Below, piece by piece: positions 38,787 to 49,562 of a stretch of 52,617 bases of DNA. The position numbers and the translations under genes are program-made. The DNA is from Vicugna vicugna (Eukaryota). The notes beneath the pieces were generated by a model, which saw only the letters and a list, made by a program, of their open reading frames with translations, had not been told where the DNA came from and made no database searches. The DNA is taken from contig MU057552.1 of assembly GCA_013265495.1 (NCBI GenBank), forward strand, positions 164,741 through 217,357. Reading direction: 5' to 3'. Each line of letters begins with the position of its first letter. Within the stretch, counting starts at the first letter, position 1.

Positions 38787-39049
38787 AATTCTCGGAGCTG
38801 AATGTGTGTGGAAGCCGTCCATCACCTACATTTTTGTGAACACTGAGTTTCATTGCTTTGGATACAGTCATATATATATATATATGGGGAGGCACTCTCT
38901 CCAACTCGATTTTCCATCGCAAACTGCCCTTACCTTGAAACCAGCTATAGGAAACATGGTGAGAACTCAGGGTAAGTGATTCTATATTTACCCTTGCCCT
39001 TTAGGCTAACTGAATGTATGCTTCTCCACATGTTCCATTCTGGATTCCA
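38787..39049 (-). repeat. Final satellite monomer, right of the L1
   Basis: aatgtgtgtggaagccgtcc..ccaactcgattttcca..ggaaacatggtgaga..ccacatgttccattctgg; continues the monomer broken at 31156. Confidence 0.93.
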
Positions 39050-40300
39050 GACTCTAACCTTGAACCCTGACCCTAACCATGAACACTTCTCCTATCCCTA
39101 AACCCTGACCCTGAACCTGCCCCAGTCCCAGCCCCAACCCCAACCCTAACCTTGCCCCAACCCCAACCCCAATCCCAACCCTAAACCCTACCCAAACCAA
39201 ACCCTAAACTCAATCCTAACCCTAACCCCAACCCAAAACACAAACCCAACCCCAACCACAAACTTGTCCCTGACCCCTAACCTGACCCGGAACCTCATTC
39301 TCATCCTGACCTTCACCCTCATCCTTTCCCTCAAACTCACCCTCTCCCTCATACTAAACATGAACATGTACCCTAACCATCACCTGAGCCCGCATCCTAC
39401 TTACTTGTGCCCTAAACCCGTACCCTGAGCCCTAGCCCTATCCCCAGCACTAGCCCTGAACTTGACCCTGACACTGACACTAGCCCTGACTCTGGCCCAA
39501 ACCCTAACCCTGGCCATGGCTCTAGTCCTAGCCCTGGCCCTAACACTAGCCCTATCTATAACCCTGACCAAGAAGCCCTGACCCATCTGCTGACCCTGAC
39601 CATAAACCCTGTACCTGAACATGACCCTGACCGACATTGACCCTGAACCTGTCCCTGAACCTTGTCCCCACACCAAAAACACTGACCTTAACACTGACCA
39701 CTGACTCCTATCCAGACCCTAAGGCTGACCGCTGAACTTGACCCTGACCCAGACCCAGATGCTGAACAGGACCTTACCCTAACCCTACCCTTAACACTAA
39801 CCATATTCCTACCTTAACCCTACCCTAACACTAACACTAACCCTAAACCCTAACCTGAAACCAAGCCCTTACCCTAACCCTAGCCATAGACAGAGTCCTA
39901 GCCCTAACCCTGACCCTGAACCTGAACCATGACCCTAAGCCTGAACGCTGACACTAACCTGAATCCAATCCCAGCCCCAACCCCAAATCGAACCCCGACC
40001 CAATCCTGAACCCGAACCCTAACCCTGAAACTGAACCAGAACCCTCACACCCTAACCGGAACCCTAAAACCCTGACCCTAACCCTGACCCTTACCCAGAC
40101 CCAGACCCTGACCTAGACCATGACCCAGACCTTGACCTTTGCCCTGACCCTAGGCCATAATGCCTAACCCAGCTCTTGCCCATAGACCCAACCACAGCCC
40201 ATACTCATGACATAAACATTCAATACTTCCCCAGGCCCCTGTTCCCTAGCCCTGACCCCTAACACACTTTACCTAACACTTACCACTGACTATTTTAATT
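39050..40300 (-). repeat. Degenerate telomere-type hexamer array (TTAGGG and variants on the minus strand), interstitial
   Basis: ~1.25 kb of 6-bp periodicity: CCCTAA, CCCTGA, CCCCAA, CCCTAG, CCCTCA, CCCAGA; C-rich on + throughout. Confidence 0.93.
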
Positions 40301-40559
40301 TCACCCTGTCTCTACCCCTCATCCCTTAATCCTATTTTCTTGGAATAATTTAAGACTATCTTGATGGAATAAAATCCCATAAAAACATCACAAAAACAAT
40401 CAACTTGCCTATTAAATTTGATTCCTCTACTTACCTAAAATACTACTACTTACCTTAATTTAAACACACAATAAAAATATTATGCACCTTAAGCAAATGT
40501 CTCCACAGAAGATTTTATAACTTTTTAACATTTTGAACCAAACAATGTCTTAAATTTTA

Positions 40560-41255
40560 ACATATAACTAAATGGTATAATAAACAACAATATTACAGCA
40601 GGATAAATTACATCATCTAATTCAATTGATCACAAGAAACGTTAAAAAAACTCCACTCTTACTTCATGGAATAAACACTCGTGAAAATAGGGGTAGAAAC
40701 AAATTCTCTTAGTATGATACATACATTATAAGAAACAGTAAATAAAAATCTGGAATAAAGCCCAGAGGTTTCCTTTCACCACTTTTATTCACTGTTTTCC
40801 TGGAACTTCCACAAAAAGCCAGGGTGAAAGACAGTAAAAGTATCAGCAAATAAAATTGTTGCACTAAAAACAAATCTATTCACCAGTCAGATGATATCAT
40901 CATATATATATATAAATCTTGAAATCATGAACAATTCATTGAGTAGCTCAACTTTTAAGCTGTAAGCGACTCAAATACTTCAGCAAGTAGACAATACAAA
41001 TTGTCAATGTATCAGAATTTCTTTCTTGTACATGGTAACAATGAATAATGTCAAGAATAATTTAACAGAATTGTATTTTACATAATATCAATATTACTAG
41101 AATACTTAAGAATCAATTTTATCAAGGTGTAAGACTAGTAAATTGAAATGGAAAAGACATTACCAAAAGAAATAAAATAAAACCTTAAAAAAAGAAGATA
41201 TCCTATGTTGATAACAAAACTAAACATGGAAGGAGTGCCCAAAGCGATTTAGAGA
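40560..41255 (+). mobile_element. Very old L1 ORF2 (RT region) fragment
   Basis: catcatctaattcaattgat, cctttcaccacttttattcact, cagatgatatcatcatatat (xDD motif), cccaaagcgatttaga. Confidence 0.65.
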
Positions 41256-41257
41256 AA

Positions 41258-41461
41258 TAGACTGAAGCCAGTTTACTAGAAGATTTATCTGCTGACTGAA
41301 ACTTCCTGTAGTGGAGGCCCACCAATCTACTAAGTATTTACCTTAATTAAATTGTTTGGCTTCAATTGATGTAGTACAAACTCTTGTAATCCGTATTTTC
41401 AGAAATGAAATCGTACTTCCTTAAACATTTGAAAACTGTTGGTGTGTACAACCTGAATCCA
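41258..41461. pseudogene. NUMT tRNA-Asn (+, 41258-41330), tRNA-Ala (+, ~41332-41395) and tRNA-Trp (-, ~41400-41461) remnants
   Basis: tagactgaagccagtt...cccaccaatcta (Asn); cttaattaaa..ttcaattgatgta (Ala); order matches the WAN cluster. Confidence 0.75.
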
Positions 41462-42433
41462 TATTTAAGCACTGATACAGTTGATATTAATGGCAGTAAT
41501 CCTGTGACTGTTAGGATTAGTAATAATCAGAAAGTTGTTTTCTATGTTTAAAATCTCATTTTTTTAATATATTGATAAAGATATAGGTAGTGATATGGAG
41601 GATTTTAGCCAGAAGTACAAATATATGTTGAATAATGCTGCAAGGAATATTAATGTTTGTAGGTTGATGTTAATGAATTTTGTTATATCTTGAGTTATTA
41701 CTCATTTGAGGGAAAACCCTTATACTAGTGGCAGACCACCTAAGAAAATATGATGATGGGGATAAAAATTGTGATTGGGAAGAGTTTTATTTTATGTGTG
41801 TGATAATGATACTGTTGCAGTCCATGCACAGGGCATAAATTGTAAGTTGACAGTGTTTTTGATACAAATTAGTGCATTTAGGGTTGTCATGATTGGATTA
41901 CACATTGTAATAGCTTTTATTCATCTTATATGGACAGTTGATGAGCAGGCTATAAATTTTGTAGTGAGTTTTATTAGTCTGTCTCAGCTGCTGATGATAC
42001 TTCATAATACAGCTTTGATGAATAGTATGTTTAGTGGCCGATGAGATTGGCTATAACACATAGGGGTGTACATTTGTCACATTAATAGGATTGGCTCTAC
42101 TGTATGCCAGATGCCCTGTATAACTTCAATCACTCAGAAAGGAAATGGGGGAAGTTCAATTTTATGACTAGGGCTATTGTTAAAATGGTGGATGCTCTTA
42201 GATTAAAGAATTTTGTACTTGTTCATTGATCTAGTATACTAGATTAATAATAATATCCAATATAAATAGTATTGATGTGGTGTTTTTTGTTAGAAAATAC
42301 TTGTTGGATGCTTCTATAACTTGTGAATTTTATTTTCTTTTAGAATGGAAATACTAGTACCATGGGAGCTTTTCATTAAAATAATGATTCCTGAGATAAT
42401 GGTCAGTAGAATGACAGTAAAAATAGAGTTTAC
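41462..42433 (-). pseudogene. MT-ND2: NUMT ND2 remnant
   Basis: Minus strand reads ttaggtggtctgcca..gggttttccctcaaatga (LGGLP..GF..KW, ~41700-41745) and ccatttcctttctgagtg..gaagtt (PFxFWVxEV, ~42120-42145). Confidence 0.85.
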
Positions 42434-42837
42434 TAGTATACTAAAGATATACAACAATACTCTTAGGGTCTGTGCCTGATAGTTTATTTAACAGACTTTA
42501 TTCACCATAGAATGTGGTATAATGTGGTAGCATGAACATTTTAAAATTCTTAGGTGTAGGATCAATTCCTATGATTCTAGGAACTGATTATACCTCTTTT
42601 ATTTACTATTTTAAAAGAACTCTTTTGGGGGAGGGTATAGCTCAGAGGTAGAGTGTATGCTTAGATGATGATAATAATTAATAATAATAACATATTAAAT
42701 ATTTTAAATAACAACAACAATAATAATGATAATATTAATAATAATAAATTTAAACATACATAAATAAGCCTAATTACTTCCCCCCTAAAAGCAAAGCAAA
42801 ACAAACAAACAAAAACTCTTTGGTCAGACATAGTTCT
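42434..42837. pseudogene. NUMT tRNA-Met (-), tRNA-Gln (+) and tRNA-Ile (-, split by a SINE) remnants
   Basis: tagtat..gatagtttatttaacagactttatt (Met, 42434-42502); tagaatgtggt..caattcctatgattctag (Gln, 42508-42580); atttactat..[SINE]..aactcttt..tcagacata (Ile). Confidence 0.78.
42627..42813 (+). mobile_element. Camelid Vic-1-type tRNA-derived SINE, internally disrupted
   Basis: gggggagggtatagctcagaggtagagtgtatgcttag head (A box), taaataagcctaattacttccccccta tail and A-rich end; TSD aactcttt at 42618-42625 and 42814-42821. Confidence 0.8.
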
Positions 42838-44060
42838 TATGTTTGTAGTGGGATGCCTGATGCACTGACAGGTACTGAAACATATGCATAGAGCAGGTGT
42901 TTGTGTTATTTTTTTTCATAAATAAGGATGTATAAAAAAGAAATCTCAAAAGAGAACATAAATCCAAAACAGAAATAGATTCATAGACATAGAATACAAA
43001 CTTGTGGTTGCCAAGGGGGAGAGGGGTGGGAAGGGATAAACTGGGAGTTCAAAATTTGTAGATACTGACAGGCATATGTAAAATAGATAAACAAGATTGT
43101 ACTGTATAGCACAGGGAAATATATACAAGATCTTGTAGTAGCTCACAGGGAAAATAATGTAACAACAAATATATATATGTTCATGTATAACTGAAAAATT
43201 ATGCTCTACACTGGAATTTGATACAACATTGTAAAATGACTATAACTCAATAAAAATGTTAAAAAATAAGAGATGTATAAGATGATCATCTCAAAATTGT
43301 GTGTAGGATATTCAAATTCATAGAAAGGATATTGTAAAGGATATTGAGGCATGTTTGAATAATAACATTGGCTGTATGTAATTTGGCTGTATATAATTCT
43401 GTTATCTAGGGATTTTGAAATGCCCTTAAAATAGAATAATTTTGAAACCATTTATTATAGTGATACTGACATATTCAGCTATAAATATCAGAGAAAATAG
43501 ACCTGCTACATATTCTACACGGAAGGTATATACAAGTTTTGATTCTCCTGTTAAATCAAAATGGGGCTCTGTTGATTTCTGCTACAGTAGAAGTAAATAT
43601 AAAAAAATGGCTAGGGGTTGGGAGGGGAAAATTAATCACAGGTATTCTTGTTTAATAACTGAGAGTATGAATGATCCATTTATCAGTAGGAATGATAAAC
43701 CAATAATTGCTAGTTTACTTTATTTGAGATTGTGCTCTTGCCCATAAAGCTCTGATTAGTGTGTAGTTTTAATATTAAACTCATCCAGATCAGAGCATGG
43801 AATAAGAAGCTAGGCTTCATACAGCCAGTATAAGAAGTGTGCCTAAGTTTACATCAGTGGATAGTGGATAAGTTATGTTAAGAGGAACTGCTAATGTGAA
43901 AGCCATGGTTAAGGCCAGTATTGGTGCAATAATATATATAAATTGATGATATTTGGGCCTCTCTAAATTTCCAGAACCTAGGAATTCCCTTTAATTAATG
44001 TGAAAAATGACAAGTGGGCAAACCTGTAATACTTAGTAAAAGAATGTAGATTATAAACCT
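42838..44060 (-). pseudogene. MT-ND1: NUMT ND1 remnant (split by an L1)
   Basis: Minus strand gives SGIPLQT* at the 3' end, an FLWI..SY..F..D.L-like stretch at ~43281-43330, and [14 protein letters not shown] (cf. AETNRAPFDLTEGES) at ~43540-43583. Confidence 0.87.
42936..43263 (+). mobile_element. Young L1 3' UTR fragment inserted in NUMT ND1
   Basis: Same tail as the other young L1s here (cttgtggttgccaagggg..tactgtatagcacagggaaatata..caataaaaatgttaaaaaa); TSD aaataag(a)gatgtataa at 42920-42935 and 43264-43280. Confidence 0.9.
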
Positions 44061-45562
44061 GTTCTTAGGAAGAGGACTTAACCTTGAGGAAATAAAGATT
44101 TATGTTTGATGCATTTGTTGTGTTCTGCTAACGTAGCAAACCATGTTCTACACTAGGATATGAATAATTTATTAAATTTTTACTGTATCACCAGTTAATT
44201 TGATGGTTCTTTTATAAAGTGACCCTTAATTCTCTTGTCCTCTCATACTGGGACGTGTATAATAGATACAAACTTATTGGGATCATTCCAGTCTGAACTC
44301 ATATCTCACAGAACTTTAATCATTAAATGAAACATTTTCAGAAGTTACAACACTGGGATCTTCTGATTCAATTCTGAGGGTATAAAACCTATTGCTGAAA
44401 TGAATTCTAAATTTGAATTGAGCTATTATTCTTAGAGTACTTTTTTCTGTTAATCAATGTATTGTATCAATACATGCTATAATATTTTGAAAAGCTGGTC
44501 TAAATTTTAATCACTTGGAGATTGTTATATTCATTGGGGCCACCACAACCAAAATTATTAACCCATTAAAAGCTATGCTATCCCTTAAGATTCAGTTATT
44601 TGTTTTATAGATTAAACACATAAAACACCAAAGGAACTTTTCATTTTATATGGCTCCCACCTCTTATTGGGAAGGTCAATTTCACTGATGAAAAGAGATA
44701 GTAAAAACCTTGTTCCATTCTCCCAGCTGCTTATTTAGAAAACAAGTGATTATGCTACATTTGCAGTGTCAGGAAACCATGGCCATTAAATATGTCCTTT
44801 GTCAGGCAGTGCCTCTAAGATTAGAAGTGCTAGAGGTAACCTTCCTGGTAAACATGCAGGACATGTGATTACCAAGTTCCTTTTCCTTTTACAAAGTCAT
44901 TCCTTAAATGCAAACCTGTGTTGGACTAACAATTTTTTATAATTAAGTATTGGTTAGGGTTTATTTTACTCTTAACCATCAGTACATGATTCATCCTGAT
45001 ATAAGCTCATGCAAAGATAAATATTTCTTGCAACCAGTATGAATAGTATTGCTTTTACTAATTAATAGATTAGTCCAGTATTAAACTATGAGGTTTATTC
45101 TTTTGCTATTGATATTGAGATGAATGTGTTCTTAACCTTGAATACTTTCTTAACTGGTGGCTGCTTTTAAGCAAACTACAGCATTGTTTATGCATATTCT
45201 CTAGAGAAGCTTATATCCTGCATCTATACCTGTACCTTTAAAATTATATTAAATGATTTTAACAGTTTTGTTTTTAATTAATAATTAAAATTGAACTAAA
45301 ATTCTTTTCTGAACAACCTGCTATCATCAGACTTGTTGGGCTTATTACCTCTACTCATAAATCTTCTATTTTACCATATAGATGAATTTGTTCCAGTAAA
45401 CTATTCAGAATTATCTCATCTGGTTTCAAGGTATTTAACTTATTTCATCATTCTCTAATGGTACTTTATACTTTTAATTTTCTATCTTCAACATATTAAG
45501 TGTTAAACAAATCTCTAATTTATTTATGATAGTTGAATATGGTAGGAAGCCTGGGCTGCCTT
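44061..45562 (-). pseudogene. NUMT tRNA-Leu(UUR) and 16S rRNA remnants
   Basis: Reverse-complement 16S landmarks: ctcttgtcctctcatactggg, ccagtctgaactca..actttaatc, ggaaggtcaatttcactgat, caggcagtgcctctaa. Confidence 0.87.
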
Positions 45563-45975
45563 TAGTTCAAATTTTTCATGAAGTATGGAATCTACTGGGT
45601 GTAAACCATGTGCTTTTCTTTCAACTACACTTTAATGCATCAAACCACACTTTCTGGTGTGCTCACTTTGTCATGAATCACCTCCCCTTTAATGACTTGT
45701 ACTTGCTACTGGGCTAAAAAAAGTTATCACTATTTGAGTTGGGTGATGGAATGAGTGTGTCTGCTTCATGTCCTGATTGTATTTGTCACCCTTCTTAATT
45801 TACAACTATGTTCTCCTTTGGTATTTCTTAACAATTTTGTATATATTATTTTGTACTCAAGTTGGCCTTTGACTTACCATCCAATACTTTACACTTAGAC
45901 CTGACATTTTTATATCTGATCATTATGATTATGACTTCTCCTTTTGGGGGTATACTGAAGATGCTGGTACAGAGA
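45563..45975 (-). pseudogene. NUMT tRNA-Val and 3' part of 12S rRNA remnants
   Basis: tctactgggtgtaaacca (Val); ccacactttctggtgtgctcac, gggtga..gtgtgt..gcttcatg and ctgaagatgctggta (12S). Confidence 0.8.
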
Positions 45976-45984
45976 CAAACCACC

Positions 45985-46956
45985 AAAAAAAAACTGATAA
46001 AATAAATGAGTTTAGAAAAGCTGTATGATAAAATATCAATACAGAAAAATCAGTTGTTAAAAAATACACAGTATCACTAATTATCAGAGAAATGCAAATC
46101 AAAACTACAATGAGGTATCACCTCACAACAGTCAGAATGGCCATCATTCAAAAATCCACAAATGACAAATGCTGGAGAGGCTGTGGAGAAAAGGGAACTC
46201 TCCTACACTGTTGGTGGGAATGCAGTTTGGTGCAGCCACTGTGGAAAACAGTACGGAGATTTCTCAAAAGACTAGGAATAGACTTATCATATGACCCAGG
46301 AATCCCACTCCTGGGCCTCTATCCAGAAGGAACCCTACTTCAAAAAGACACTTGTGTCCCAATGTTTATAGCAGCAATATTTACAGTAGCCAAGACATGG
46401 AAACAACCTAAATGTCCATCAACAGATGACTGGATAAAGAAGAAGTGGTATATTTATACAATTGAATACTAAAAAAAACCTGATAAAATAAATGAGTTTA
46501 GAAAAGCTGTATGATAAAATATCAATACAGAAAAATCAGTTGTTAAAAAATACACAATATCACTAATTATCAGAGAAATGCAAATCAAAACTACAATGAG
46601 GTATCACCTCACAACAGTCAGAATGGCCATCATTCAAAAATCCACAAATGACAAATGCTGGAGAGGCTGTGGAGAAAAGGGAACTCTCCTACACTGTTGG
46701 TGGGAATGCAGTTTGGTGCAGCCACTGTGGAAAACAGTACGGAGATTTCTCAAAAGACTAGGAATAGACTTATCATATGACCCAGGAATCCCACTCCTGG
46801 GCCTCTATCCAGAAGGAACCCTACTTCAAAAAGACACTTGTGTCCCAATGTTTATAGCAGCAATATTTACAGTAGCCAAGACATGGAAACAACCTAAATG
46901 TCCATCAACAGATGACTGGATAAAGAAGAAGTGGTATATTTATACAATTGAATACT
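45985..46956 (+). repeat. 486-bp direct tandem duplication (45985-46470 / 46471-46956)
   Basis: Two copies differing at only the two positions I could find (45993 vs 46479; 46071 vs 46557); identical ORFs start at 46092 and 46578. Confidence 0.95.
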
Positions 46957-47400
46957 ATTCAGTCATATAAATCGACAACATAACGTCACTTGCAGCAACA
47001 TGGATGCTTCTGGAGAATGCCATTCTAAATGGAGTAAGCCAGAAAGAGAAAGAATAATACCATATGAGATCACTTATATGTGGAACCTAAAACAAACAAA
47101 CAAACAAACAAACAAAAAGCATAAATACAAATCAGAAATAGACACATAGACATAGAATACAAACTTGTGGTTGCCAAGGGGGCGGAGGGTGGGAAGGGAT
47201 AGACTGGGATTTCAAAATTGTAGAATAAATAAACAAGATTATACTGTATAGCACAGGGAAATGAATACAAGATCTTATGGTAGCTCACAGAGAGAAAAAT
47301 TTGACAATGAATGTTCATGTATCACTGAAAAATTGTGCTCTTCACTGGAATTTGACACAACATTGTAAAATGATTATAAAGCAATAAAAAAGTTAAAAAA
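46057..47400 (+). mobile_element. 5'-truncated young L1 (ORF2 C-terminus + 3' UTR) inserted in an older L1
   Basis: [30 protein letters not shown] (ORF2 cysteine-rich end); A tail; TSD agaaaaatcagttg (46043-46056) / agaaaaatgacttg (47401-47414). Confidence 0.92.
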
Positions 47401-47414
47401 AGAAAAATGACTTG

Positions 47415-48062
47415 ACTTTCTATACACTAATAAAGAAGTTCAAGAAATATAAATTACTAAAACAACACTATTTCACAATTGTACCAAAAAATAACCAAAA
47501 TATCTAGAAATAAATTATAAAGGATGTGAAAAGCCTGCACATGGAAACTTATAGAACACTGATAAATAAATTGATACAGGACACACATCCACAAAATGTG
47601 TGCTCATACATTAGAAGAACATTGGTATAACATTCATCAAGCCAAAGCAGTGTACACATTAATTGCAAACTCTATCAAATTCAAATAGCTTGTTTTATGG
47701 ACACAAAAACCAAGAAATCCTAGCATTTGTGTAGAACAAAGAACCCGGAATAACCTAAATGATCCTAAGAAAGGAGAAAACAGCTAGAGGCATCTTTCTC
47801 ACTGACTTCACAGTACATGATGAAGCTACAGTCACCTAAGCAGTGTGGTACTGGCACAAAAACAGGCACATGAACCAGAGTGATAGACTAGAGAGCACAG
47901 GAATAAACCCAGTTTATGTTGTTAGTTAATTCATGACAAAAGAGCTAAGGACACACAATGGGGAAAGACAGTATCCTCAATAAATGGTGCCAAGAACACC
48001 GGAAACCATATCCCCCCAAAATGACACTAGACACTGTCAACATCACACACAAAATTAAGAGT
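47415..48062 (+). mobile_element. Old L1 ORF2 fragment (host of the young L1; its upstream part is ~45978-46056)
   Basis: actttctatacactaa, aaggatgtgaaaagcctg, gacttca..aagctacagt..gtgtggtactggcacaaaaacag, tcaataaatggtgc. Confidence 0.85.
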
Positions 48063-48429
48063 AAATTCCACAAGTTTCCATATAAAGCCCCTTCTCTGCT
48101 GGATACTCTGAAAATGGAAACCCTTAGCTGTAACCACATGGAGAAAGCTTCTGCCCACTTTTTCCCCACGTTTACTCACATGATGTTGCCTCCTCTTGGT
48201 TCCTGAAGAAGTCTGGCTCCTGCCTGTGTGTACTTACCTGAGTATTGTCCTGAAGTTGAAACCACGACGGGTCCTGAAGAGGCCCAGCCTCCACTAGCTC
48301 CACGAGGAGCCAAGTCCCTCAGTGAGAAACATGCACCTCAAGGGTCAGAGAGAGGGCATGGAGCCAACTTCTGACGAGCTGGGAACTGCAGGTGCAACCA
48401 CTCAGTGTTTACCTAGTGTACTCTAAATT

Positions 48430-49250
48430 GTCCATACAATTATAAAAATGCACATCTATAAATATTCTAAAGGAAAACATGTAAGAAAATCTACATAACC
48501 TTGTCTAAATGATGAACTTTTAAAAAAAAATCCCCAAATCTATCCAGAAAAGTAAAATTTGTATCATGGAATTAAAAAAATAAAAATTTAAACATTGTTT
48601 ATGATCTTATTCACAAAACCTAAAGACAAACCACATACTGAGAAAAATAAGTCTACACAACACATATCTGATTAAGGATGTGGACTCAAATTACATCAAG
48701 AATTTTATAACAAACAACCCAGATAAAAACTGGTAAAGATCTTAACAGACACCTTTCCAAAGAAATCATATACCATTAAGGAATTACAAACTAAAATGAT
48801 GATATAGAAATGCATACGTATTAGAACCACTAAACTCCAAAGAAATGACATTACCTGTGATTGATAGAGAATGAAGAAAAACAGGAAATCTCCCTCACTG
48901 CTGGAGGAATCCATGTGTGGCTACTTTGAAAGACAGTTTGGCAGTTTTTTCCAAAGCTAGTCAAAGTTCACCTGAGGACTCAACAGTGTGTCTCTAGTAT
49001 TTAGACAACTGCTTTGAAAGTGTCCAAACAAAACCTAGCCTGCAATTATACACAACAACTCTACTCATAATGCCTAAAGTCTTTAAAATATGAGGATATT
49101 CTTCCATGCATGAATACATAAGAAAATTGGGGTATACCCATGTGAAGGATGGCAAATTACACTCTAAAATAGATCTCTTTAGCTTGAAGATTACAATGGA
49201 CAGATTTATTAAAAAAGAACCATGAGATTCTATGAAACCCAAGTCAATTT
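48430..49250 (+). mobile_element. Old L1 (L1MC/MD-like) distal fragment
   Basis: atatctgattaagga, aaagatcttaacagacacct, actgctggagg..tttgaaagacagtttggcagttt, tgtccaaacaaaacct. Confidence 0.7.
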
Positions 49251-49261
49251 TGCCTTTTTGA

Positions 49262-49562
49262 GGCAATTTTATATTTATAATGGAAATCTCCATTTGAAAG
49301 GTTGTGTCCCCCTCTGTGTCAGGAATAGAAAAATGACTAAATCTCAAACAACATCAACAACAATAACAACAACAACAACAAAACACTCTTATTAATGGAG
49401 AAGGCTAAGATTTAAACCTGTACAATGGACATACCCTTCCTTTCTTATGGTTTTAGATGAAGATGGTATTTCAAGTGATGTCTTGGGCCATTTCAGGGAA
49501 TTACTCAATTTTCTGGGTATCTCCCATGCTTAAAGGAGGTATGCATGTTACTAAGCTTGTTT
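49262..49562 (+). mobile_element. Partial ERV1-like LTR containing (AAC)n at ~49347-49381
   Basis: aatgactaaatctc, ttaatggagaaggc and ttactcaattttctgggtatctcccatg..ggaggtatgcatgtta resemble artiodactyl ERV1 LTRs from memory; termini not defined. Confidence 0.5.

Larger units (their letters stand above)
41258..45975 (-). pseudogene. Nuclear mitochondrial insertion (NUMT): 3' part of 12S, V, 16S, L(UUR), ND1, I, Q, M, ND2, W, A, N
   Basis: Recognisable mitochondrial gene remnants in exact vertebrate mtDNA order and relative polarity; heavily diverged; two later insertions. Confidence 0.92.

Noticed and set aside
39401..39694. Arg/Val/Ala-rich 97-aa ORF
   Set aside because: It is the expected translation of TTAGGG-type hexamers; nothing in the sequence supports expression.
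39050..40300. Head-to-head telomere-telomere fusion like human chromosome 2
   Set aside because: Only one orientation is present; there is no TTAGGG-to-CCCTAA switch.
41258..45975. Functional tRNA/rRNA genes or mitochondrial contamination
   Set aside because: Stems and frames are heavily mutated and nuclear retroelements with TSDs interrupt them.
46092..46970. Duplicated 126-130 aa cysteine-rich protein gene
   Set aside because: It is the L1 ORF2 C-terminus inside a truncated element, repeated by the 486-bp duplication.
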